DNA of 64,000 bases from Macrostomum hystrix (Eukaryota > Animalia > Platyhelminthes). The stretch covers positions 24,676,001 through 24,740,000 of the forward strand of contig CATNEN010000038.1 of the NCBI GenBank assembly GCA_950097015.1, in the 5' to 3' direction. A program made the translations under genes and the position numbers. Position 1 is the first letter of the stretch. Each line of letters begins with the position of its first letter. The notes below the pieces were generated by a model. The model saw nothing but the letters and a program-made list of their open reading frames with translations, was not told the origin of the DNA and made no database searches. This document shows, in pieces, positions 24,201 to 36,200 of this stretch.

Positions 24201-27200
24201 TAGGTAACATCCGCGAGAGATTCTAAAAATAGAAACTGACGTCAGTTCATCAAATTAGGCTAAAAATAGCATCTGATGCGCCCAACTTGTATCTATAAAT
24301 AGAAACATGACTCACAAGGCCAGATAGTACAAGTTCCTAAATTCGGGCTAAAGCTAATCTATAGCAACCCACGATATAAGATTTCGTTTGGATTAACCAA
24401 ATGACACGAAAACTTTTTTATTTAATTTTCATAAAAATAATTATTAATATAGCAGGTACATTAAATCCCCGTCTATTTTAGATCCTCACCCAAGAAGATT
24501 GGAACACCGTACTGTACAATGGCATGGCCAGGACTTCACCTTGGGCCGCTCTGTACTTTATCGCCCTGATGACATTCGGCAACTATGTCCTGTTTAACCT
24601 GCTGGTTGCCATCCTGGTTGAGGGCTTCTCCAGCGAGGTGAGTGATTTTACGAAAGGCGGTTTATTATAGAATTTAGTGCCAAACCGAAATATGTATTAC
24701 ATACTATTTATAACTAAAATTGAACATTGTTCAGTTTTTTTGCACTCGATAAACTTTATTTGGAGTTGCACTTCTAAATAGACTTCCCTGTGCTTTTTAC
24801 GATTGATACAGTAAAATACCAATCTTATGAACTCCCCTTTCTACTTATTACATGAACTAATCCATAGAAACACCCCAACAACAGTTAATAAAAATGCGTG
24901 ATAGTCATGAAAAAGTACTTTTATCCGCAGTTAAATTTGTGACACAAATATATTTTTTAATATTCACAAAGAAGTACAATACATAACTAATAGTGTAACG
25001 TCTATTTTTGTTTAAATCGTTATATATCAGCATGTTTAACAAAAAAAGTATATTTTATTCAAGTGTTTTTCGCAAGACCAAAAATAACAATAAAAACAAT
25101 GTGCATGCCCTTGTCATAATAATTAGCATTAGAAATAAGAATAAACAGTCATACTTACTCCTTCTGTTATAATTTAAAAAAGTGCGAAAGATGATCCGGT
25201 TATGACTTAGATAATAAATTAATTTAATAATCCAACACGTGCATTTCTTTGATCTCAATTGTTTAGCGAAAATATTATATAATGGAGAAGTACCGTCTGC
25301 AGAAGGTAAATTCTGTCTATTTGCTAAATCCAACCGACCGATATTTGTTTAACTGTAATGGTTGCGGTAGATCGCACCGAAGGACTATTGAAAAAGTATA
25401 TTATTACGATCGTATTGTCTATGGTCGTTAATATTGCATGTAGCATCGTTTAGATTGCTTATCTGCTTTCAATTTCTTGTTCTCGCTTCTGAGATATCAT
25501 TTTCTAATGATTAAAGAACATGTTCAGACTAAAGTTTAATAATAACTTTTCTACTCTCTTCTTTTCTGCATATGCTCACTAAATGTTATGCATTCCAATC
25601 CTTTCTAGTAAATATTTTAGTCTAGTAGGCTGTCTTCGGCTTATTAGGAAAAGCATTTTTATATAACGTATATATTATATATTTGTCTAAATTGTCTCCT
25701 GATTTTATTTTCAACACTGATTGAGCACTGAAAATAGTGTGCTAAATGTTTTAAATACTATGCTAATTCTTTCGAACGAGGGCATTCATCAGTTTGCAAG
25801 AGTGTGCACAGATATTCAAAGGAGTATGTTTCAACGGCTCAAAATTCGACTACTGTGTCCTTGTTTTACCATTTTTGTTGTTCATCCTACTATGAGTAGA
25901 GGATCAATGTGCTAATTATGTAATCGCAAAAATGCTTGCAGAATTTCTTCAACAATAAAATTAAAAAAACTTTACCAGAAAGCCGTCAGCTCCGCCGTCA
26001 ATTCTGTCCGTGGCGCCGACTCCGCCATCGGTGGCGGCAGCGACGCCGACGTCGGCGACGACATAGCCGCTGCAGCCGCTTTCGAAACATCAAAACGTCA
26101 ACGAATTCAGAAGAACTGCTACGGTATGATGGGTGACTACTCTTCCCCATTCACCCGCTCGATAAAAAACAGCTCAAAGTGGCACTAATTACTCAAATAC
26201 AACGCAGACGACCAACCCGCAATGGAGGCTTGCGCAATGTCGCCACCGGATGCTGTCTCCGGGACGGCGAGGCTCATCCCGCCGATCATCACGCACACGG
26301 CAGCCACTCCGCAGCCGACTCCGCCGCAGGGTAGTCCAGCAATTGAGGCCGCGCTGGCGGCTACGACAATAGAGACTGCAGAGATCGAACCACAGCTGGT
26401 ATACCAAAGGCAGCAGCAGCAGCAGCAGCAGCAGCTAGCTCTTACGAAGGCGTTCCGCTTCAGTTCGGCCAGCATCGATTCGATTGATCGGTCGCTTTCC
26501 GTGAGCCACTTTCTTCGGAAGCCTGGCCTGATACGCCACAGCCCTCCCTGACACCTCACAGCCTTGCCAAATACCCCACAGCCTTCCCTAATACCACACA
26601 GCCTTCCCTAATACCACACAGGCTTCCCTAATACCACACAGCCTTCCCTAATACCACACAGCCTTCCCTAATACCACACAGCCTTCCCTAATACCACACA
26701 GGCTTCCCTAATACCACACAGCCTTCCCTAATACCACAAAGGCTTCCCTAATACCACACAGCCTTCCCTAATACCACACAGGCTTCCCTAATACCACACA
26801 GCCTTCCCTAATACCACACAGCCTTCCCTAATACCACACAGCCTTCCCTAATACCACACAGGCTTCCCTAATACCACACAGGCTTCCCTAATATCACACA
26901 GGCTTCCCTAATACCACACAGCCTTCCCTAATACCACACAGGCTTCCCTAATACCACACAGGCTTCCCTAATACCACACAGTATCCCCTGACACCGCACA
27001 GCCGTCCCTGACACCTCACAGCCGTCCCTGACACCTCACAGCCGTCCCTGACACCTCACAGCCGTCCCTGACACCACACAGCCTTCCCTGACACATCACA
27101 GCCTTCCGTGACGCCACGTCTTAAACGATATTCCACTACGGTTAAAAAATCTAATACTGTTTTGCATGAACGAAAAATAAAACTATAAAAATTGAAATTA

Positions 27201-30200
27201 CAAACAGAACGACAAATCTCACTCGAGTTCGCCTGCTCGAAAACCGCGCTCGCATTCGCAGAGTGAGAACATTGGATTCAACAGGTGAGCCTTAGACGTT
27301 TTGAACCAGTTCTTGCTCCATAGTATATGTCAATTTGAAAATCATTCTGCCTTACCTTTGAGGCTAAATCAGCACCAACTTTGAGCAACGACTAACAGAA
27401 AGTTTGTTTGCAAATTCCCTGTTTGCAAAAGCAATCTAAGACAGAAATTTTTGCTTCCTAATTTAAACCTCTCGGATCCAGTCAAAACAAACCAAACTAA
27501 ATCAGGATTAAGTTTGCCCCTACTTCCTCGCTCTCCCAACCCACCTCACTCCCAACCCACCTCACTCCCGACCCACCTCACTCCCAAACCACCTCACTCC
27601 CAACCCACCTCACTCCCAAACCACCTCACTCCCAACTAACCCACTCCCAACCCACCTCACTCCCAACCCACCTCACTCCCAACCCACCTCACTCCCAACC
27701 CACCTCACTCCCGATCCACCTCACTCCCAACTAACCCACTCCCAACCCACCTCACTCCCGACCCACCTCACTCCCAACTAACCCACTCCCAACCCACCTC
27801 ACTTCCAAACCACCTCACTCCCAAACCACCTCACTCCCAACAAACCCACTCCCAACCCACCTCACTCCCAACCCACCTCACTCCCAACCCACCTCACTCC
27901 CAACCCACCTCACTCCCGACCCACCTCACTCCCGACCCACCTCACTTCCAAACCACCTCACTCCCAAACCACCTCACTCCCAACTAACCCACTCCCAACC
28001 CACCTCACTCCCAACCCACCTCACTCCCAACCCACCTCACTCCCAACCCACCTCACTCCCGATCCACCTCACTCCCAACTAACCCACTCCCAACCCACCT
28101 CACTCCCGACCCACCTCACTCCCAACTAACCCACTCCCAACCCACCTCACTCCCGACCCACCTCACTCCCAACTAACCCACTCCCAACCCACCTCACTCC
28201 CAACCCACCTCACTCCCGACCCACCTCACTCCCAACTAACCCACTCCCAAACCACCTCACTCCCAACCCACCTCACTCCCAACTAACCCACTCCCAAACC
28301 ACCTCACTCCCAACCCACCTCACTCCCAACCCAATTCAAACCCGCTCGAAATCAACTCGAAGAAACCTTAATGGCCAGCTAGCCGCTCTTTATAATCTGC
28401 TGCATGTGTCATTATAATTAAGCTTCCTGCTTGACCACTTTAAAGTGAACAATTAAGTAAATGATGGTTGTATTTAATCCTAAAACCTTTGCACACACAG
28501 TTTTTGCTTTACCCAATCGTACTAAGTCAATGAAGCGAAGCAATCTTAATTAAACTGTCTTTCCCTGCGTTGCTCAGCGAGTCGGAAGAGTCAGCCGATG
28601 AGATTATAGTGAAATTAGAGGGCCAACGAAGCTCGCCTAGTCTATCGTTCATTTATCGCAAGAAACACCCGGCACACAGGTATCACATAATTTTTGCGTC
28701 ATTTTTAGCCTTCACCCGACGCGCAACAAAGTTTCATTTTCGAGTGTGCTTTTTTTCTCTTCGATGTATTTCACGGTGCTATCAATTTCGTCTGTTTTTG
28801 GTATTAAGTTAATGTAACTTTTAAGCTAGAATTACCTTTAATTCTGTGTTATCCACGGATAAGTGTGTAAAAAGTGTTTTTTCCACATACGCTTCACGCC
28901 ATGAAGATTCTCTACCCCTCAGACACCCACCTCACTCCATAAAGTTTTTCTACTTCTCCGACACCCACCTCACTCCATGAAGATTCTCTACCCCCTCAGA
29001 CACCCACCTCACTCCATAAAGTTTTTCTACTTTTCCGACACCCACCTCATTCCGTGAAGATTCTCTACCCCTCAGACACCCACCTCACTCAGCGAAGGTT
29101 CCCTATCCCTCTGACTCCCACCTTACTCCATGAAGAGTCACGATCGCTTCAACAACAACCTCACTCCCTGAAAAGTCAAGGATCTCACTCACTTAACAAG
29201 CTTTTTAAGCAAAAGGCATCACATTTTTCTTCGTGATGATTACATCATTCCTCTTGAACGCATATTTGCCTATTCGACAGCAAACTCACCCAAAACAATG
29301 GCCAATTAATGTACTTTAAATATATGCTCGTATTTTTTTAACTCATTGTTTCTTTTTAGGTCTTTAGCATCCCAACCCTGTTTGCCATAGCAGAAAAAAC
29401 TAGCTGATGAAAATACGAGTATAAGATAAAATATTTAATTTTATATCTAATATCTAAATAAAACATATTCACAATAAAACGATGTAGTAATAATTTATAT
29501 TTAGTTATCTCCCATAATATAAAAAAAAAGAAAAGTATTATTTGAATTAAAAGTTGTTCTTTCATCTCACCCAGTTTCTTCGACCAATCTCCCTATCAAT
29601 CTCTATAGTTTTCTTGTCATTACTCGAGAAACAGGATGATAAAAACGGTAGAATCACAAAACTTCATGAAAAACTCCCACACCAATTGCCCCAAACCAAA
29701 GTGGCTGCAATGGCCATCCCACTTCGCCGATTTTGTTCAACTCCGGCGGCCCAAACGGTTGCATTTTCCGACCCGTGACGCCTACCTCGCCAAGTCGTCA
29801 GCAGCAGCGGCAGCGTCAATTTTCTCAGCGTCGAAGCTGCAGCTTCAGCGGCAGTCATCGATCGGTGACTCCGCAGAATTCAATCAGCAGCAGCTGCTGG
29901 AATCAGCCTCCGATGGAGTCGTCGTCTGCCGATGCCGGCGCCGCGGCGGGCACAGGCGCCACCGACCATCATCGTCTGCGGGCTAAGCGGGAAGAAAATT
30001 TCTGGGTGAGGCCTTTTGTTCTTCATGGTACGCAGCCTCAGTGACGAAAGCTTGTGAGAGTGTACACTGCCTGACGCTGAGAAAGTCCAAGCAGATGTAC
30101 ACACCTGTTGTAAGTGTGTGCCTGTGTACACATCTCTGGCACGTGTGCGCTCAGGTGACAGCGGAATGGGTAGACTTGCCTCCTTGCTGACTGTTGGTCG

Positions 30201-33200
30201 AACCTACAATTCTTGTTTCTTTTTTATTTTGTGAGCATTTCGTCTAGGGGGTGAGTGGCAGAGCGGTCTGATGCGTTTGTCTCTTGCGTTAAGGTCCTGA
30301 GCTCGATTCCGCGGCGAGGCAACATTTATTTGGGTTGCAGCCTCGTAGAGATTGCTGTGTTATAATTTACGCCCATGAGGGCCGACATCAAAGGCATAGT
30401 TTAAGTTTACATCGCCTGACGATGAGAAAGTCAGGGCAGATGTTCACACCTGTGTGATCGAATGCCTGCGTACAGTATCTGTGAGCGTGTGTGCTCAGGA
30501 GCCAGCGAAATCGGCAGATTTGCCTCTTCTCTGGCTGCGTGTCTAGTGTCACCAAATGATGTGCCATTGTCCGCAGCCTTCCTGCAATCATTATTCATTA
30601 TTAATAAGCCCTTTCGGTTGTCGAAGGTTGTTACCTTGCAGTTCTCCATCTTGACAGAGACATCACATGAACGTCCATTTGTTCTTGATCCCGAATCGGA
30701 ACTTGATCTCATCCTCAATCCTCCAACACTGTAGGCTGCCTGGCTAGCCAGATTTATGCCAGCGCCGCATGGCTGCTTCAGAGATCGGGCCGACTATGCA
30801 CTTTACCTCCTCGGCCCTGATAACAGGTGAGGCTCCGGCCTTTAATTTGGCTTTAATCCACTTTTTTATTCATAAAAAGTTAATTATTGTAATTTTTTAT
30901 AATTCTGCAATTTTTTCAGACTGCGAATTTTGTGCCAAAACACAGTCTCACTGAAGGCGTTCGACTATACAGTGTTATTTTTCATTGCACTCAACTGCAT
31001 CACTCTTGCCATGGAGAGACCGTCCATTCCGCCGGATAGCATTGTGAGCTGCTTGTGTTTTTCTTTTTTATAGCTTTCTTATTCTAGCGCGTTGATTATT
31101 TTATTATTCCACTTGGCTTTCTATAATAAAAGCGGTAGCTGCATTGCGTATTTTCTTTCCTTGAATGTACGCAGTAAATTGTTTTACTCCCCCTGAATTT
31201 AAGGATCTTTCCTTTCCACAGAAATTACAATATGGCTTGTTTTCCTTCCCCGGAAAGTACAATATGGCTTGTTTTCCTTCCCCGGAAAGTACACTATGGC
31301 TTGTTTTCCTTCCCCGGAAAGTACACTATGGCTTGTTTTTCGTCTCCGGAAAGTACACCTTGGATTGTTTTCCTCCCCCCCCCGATATTTATATATGGCC
31401 TGTTTTCCTAGCTTTAAATTGAAGCACAACTGTGATTCATTTTCTTTTAATTCTGGTGATGGTTTTTATTTCAGGAGCGTCAATTCCTCAGCGTCAGCAA
31501 CAACATCTTCACCTGTATTTTCACTGTGGAGATGTCCCTAAAGGTGGCCGCCAAAGGCCTCGTGATTGGTCAGCACGCCTATCTAAAAAGTGGCTGGAAC
31601 CTGATGGACGGTGCTTTGGTCGCCGTGTCCCTAGTTGACGCCCTAATAACCATCATCGCCGGTAGCAGCAATAGAATTTTTGGCATTCTCAGAGTGTTTC
31701 GACTGCTGCGCACTCTGCGCCCCCTGCGGGTGATTAGTCGAGCGCCAGGGCTCAAACTAGTGGTGCAGACTTTGCTGTCATCGCTTAGGCCAATTGGCAA
31801 TATTGTATTGATCTGCTGCACCTTCTTCATTATATTTGGAATCCTAGGTGAGTGTGCCATATATAGCTAGTAGCACGCTCTCACTTGTTAAATAAAGTGG
31901 CTGCTTTAAGCCACTTTTCTTATAAAAATGTTTATGAATAAATCTGGGTATAAGTTGTATCTTTGTCGCGCTTTTATTTTTCTAGAGATGCAATCAATTG
32001 TTTTACTAGGGGATTGCTCGCTCAAAGGGTGTTTTTCGGAAGAACAACGGATCGTAAGCATTTGGCTTTGGTAATATATGTGCCCTTTTACGCAAGACAT
32101 CGCGATCGATAAGAATGGGGTGGTGGGCATGGCTGTGTCTTTCTCCGCGGAGCGTCTTGATCGATAAAACTGGGGTGGTGGGCATGGCTGTGTCTTTCTC
32201 CGCGCAGCGTCTTGATCGATAAAACTGGGGTGGTGGGCATAGCTGTGTCTTTCTCCGCGCAGCGTCTTGATCGATAAAACCGGGGTGGTGGGCATAGCTG
32301 TATCTTTCTCCGCGGAGCGTCTTGATCGATAAAAGTGGGGTGGTGGGCATGGTCGTATCTTTTTCCGAGGAACAGTATTATTAGCAATCGATAAATAATC
32401 TGGTGCTAGCCGAGCTTACACTTTTCCGTTGGACCACGTATGAAAGATAGAACTTCCGAGGACAAATATCTTAATTAATAACAGGTATATATTTACGCAA
32501 GTAAAATCAAAGAAACTTACGAGTATATAGTCAGATTTTGATAAAAATATTGGATTGAACAATACGCTCTCAATCAAACTTACCTCACAACTCGTCTACT
32601 AAACATACTTGCCTTTTTCAACAAGCTTTACTCACCTTTAACTTCATAGGTGTGCAACTATTCAAAGGCAAGTTCTACTACTGCGATGGACCAGACGTCA
32701 ATAATGTAAAAAACTACACTGACTGCATAGCGGACAAGCGCAACAAATGGGTGAAGCACAAATACAATTTCGACAATCTCGGCCAGGCTTTGATGGCTTT
32801 GTTCGTTCTGTCCAGCAAAGACGGCTGGGTGCAGATAATGTACACTGGACTGGACGCCGTTGGTGAGAACATGCAGCCACAGGTGAATCACAACGAGTGG
32901 CTGCTTTTGTACTTCATTTCCTTCCTGTTGTTGGTCGGCTTCTTTGTGCTCAACATGTTTGTCGGAGTTGTGGTGGAGAACTTTCACAAATGCCGCGCCA
33001 GCCAAGAGAAGGAGGAGAAGGCCAGGCGGGCCGCGAAACGGGCGCGACGCATGGAGAAGCGTCGAAAAAGTGAGTAGACAGTTGAGTCGAAAATTAAAAG
33101 GTCCATAGCTACCTTTTTCGAAAAAAATTACATCAGTAATAATATATTGTTTATTAATTAGTTTATTTGTATATTTGTTTATTACTTAATCGTCTACTTA

Positions 33201-36200
33201 TAGTAGAAATAGGGCTCAAAAAAGCTGTAAACCATTCGATCATTCTACACTTTGGGCTTTAACTATTTGGGCAGTAAAATTCAAAATGAAACATTTCAAC
33301 CAAAATTTTCCCAAATTCTAGTTATTCAAAACAGAACTGAATGAGATGGAAATTAGATACCGCTATATAAGTTTGTTAGCCCCTTTATAACTTGTGATAA
33401 AACGGCCCAAATAAGGGCTCCTTGGAGACTCCGCCAGTCTAAACGACCCAAGTTAGGACCAGAAAGTTCACTACGAGTACTTTTTTAGCAGCAAGCTGAC
33501 AATACACCTGACACAACCCAGGAATTCGTGAGCAGCCTTACTGGGCTGTCTATGCGCCATGGCGTCAGCAAATTCACAATCTGGTTGACAGCAAATATTT
33601 CGACCTGATCATAGCCACCATTATTGGTCTAAACGTTGTCACAATGGCGATGGAGTTTTATCTGATGCCCAAGGTAAGAATTTGAATAACAGGTTGTTAA
33701 ACCTGTTAGACAGGTTGTTAAAGCAGTTAGACAGTTGTTAAACCTGTTAGTCTGTTGGTGAACCTGTTAGTCTGTTAGTGAACCTGTTAGATAGTTGGTA
33801 AACCTGTTAGACAGTTAGTAAACCTGTTCGTTAGTTGTTAAACCTGTTAGACAGTCGGTAAACCTGTTAGACAGTTGGTGAACCTGTTAGACAGTTGGTG
33901 AACCTGTTAGACAGTTGGTAAACCTGTTAGTCAGTTGGTAAACCTGTTAGACAGTTGGTAAACCTGTTAGACAGTTGGTGAACCTGTTAGACAGTTGGTA
34001 AACCTGTTAGTCAGTTGGTAAACCTGTTAGACAGTTGGTAAACCTGTTAGACAGTTGGTAAACCTGTTAGACAGTTAGTAAACTGTCAAAACTCATATAC
34101 AACAGTGCACATTCTGTAATTTTGCAGGAGCTAGAAATAGCACTGAAAGCCACCAACTACATGTTCACTACGGTTTTCATAATTGAGGCCGCTTTCAAAA
34201 TGATTGCCCTTGGCTGCAGGCGATACTTCAAAGACAGGTTAGAATTAATTTTAAACTTTACATAGACTGCAATTTTATTAATATGACATAAAACATTACT
34301 GATTTTATGGAAAACGAGGAACAGAATAAACAAGTTAAACGTATTTTTAACTCGAATTTTTTTGAATTTTTTGATCTCGTAAAAGTTTTCACACATTTTC
34401 AGTGCAATTAAAAGTAATCAGTTTGTTTTAATATGATAATATTTGTCGTTTCACATTTAAAAACAACATTTTTCAATTCAACTTGAACCTACCCACCATC
34501 TAAAACTGCCCATCGACACCGTTCGGTAAAATCTCTTTGATCTGAAACTAAAAAAGTCGGTAAGCAGTTTAGAAAATGTATATTAGCTGATAACTTTTTA
34601 TCATTTTTTAATCGATATTTAGGCAGCTGTCTATCAAAGCCTGCTTTCACTAAATATCTATCAATGTGTAATTATTATAGCACATTTTAGCGATTGCTTG
34701 TTCATTACAATATCCAGCTTTGCCAATACAAGCGCATTAACTTTACTATTTTCTTACATGGGCGTGTGGGCTGCGCGATAGTTTAATTTTTACTGGTGGG
34801 TTTTTTACTACTGTTAAATGTCTAACAGGTGTGCTGAGCTGTCTAACAGGTGTGCTGAGCTGTCTAACAGGTGTGCTGAGCTGTCTAACAGGTGTGCTGA
34901 GCTGTCTAACAGGTGTGCTGAGCTGTCTAACAGGTGTGCTGAGCTGTCTAACAGGTGTGCTGAGCTGTCTAACAAGTGTGTGTGTGTGTTACTATCTAAC
35001 AGGTGTGCTGAGCTGTCTAACAGGTGTGTGTGTGTGTGTTACTATCTAACAGGTGTGCTGAGCTGTCTAACAGGTGTGCTGAGCTGTCTAACAGGTGTGC
35101 TGAGCTGTCTTGATAAGTAGATCTAGAAGTACGCCTAGCTCAGCTGGATGAGATTACATGAGCAAGACGACACACGCACCCAAATTTCTTGCTCAGCTGA
35201 TACCAAGCAACTTCTTGCTTAACAGTTTATTATTGTAAAAATTTTGCGAAAATATTGGCGGGACCAACTGGTTTTTAAGAAATATTTTTTATGCCACTTA
35301 ATGCATTAACATCGTTTCTCATTAGTTAAGGTATAACCGTAATATTATGAATAAAAAAATTTTAATTGCTGCCATAACCGTTCTTTTGTACCCTCCAATC
35401 AGATGGAACCAGCTGGATGTCCTTATTGTGCTATTATCGGTTAGCGGCATTGTCCTGGAGGAGATGGAAGCTAAAATTATCCCAATAAATCCGACTATTA
35501 TTCGCGTTATGCGAGTGCTGCGCATTGCTAGAGGTCTGTTTCTATGGCAACCACAGCTGAATTTACTGCTCATTTATCTATGAATAAACATGAGTTTTTT
35601 TGTTATTCCATCAATCAATTATTCCATCAATCCAATATTCCATCAATCCAATATTCCATCAATCCAATTTTCCGTCAATCCAATACTACATCAATCCATT
35701 ATTCCATCAACCCATTATCCTATCAACCCATTATTCCATCAATCCATTATTCCATCAATCCATTATTCCATCAATCCATTATTTCATCAATCCATTATTC
35801 CATCAACCTAATATTCCATCAACCCATTATTCCATCAACCTAATATTCCATCAACCCATTATTCCATCAACCCATTATTCCATCAACATATTATCCCATC
35901 AACCCATTATTCCATCAACATATTATCCCATCAACCCATTATTCCATCAACATATTATCCCAACAACCCATTATTCCATCAACATATTATCCCATCAACC
36001 CATTATTCCATCAACATATTATCCCATCAACCCATTATTCCATCAACATATTATCCCATCAACCCATTATTCCATCAACATATTATCCCATCAACCCATT
36101 ATTCCATCAATCCATTCTACCCAATCAGACATTCTATTGTAACACAATTCAAACAGTTCTGAAGCTGCTCAAAATGGCCAAAGGTATTCGAGCACTGCTG

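Noticed and set aside
33069-33521. Exon 25c-like donor extension or upstream TAGCAG acceptors in the III-IV linker
   Set aside because: Both extensions meet in-frame stops (TAG at 33075-33077; TGA at 33497-33499).
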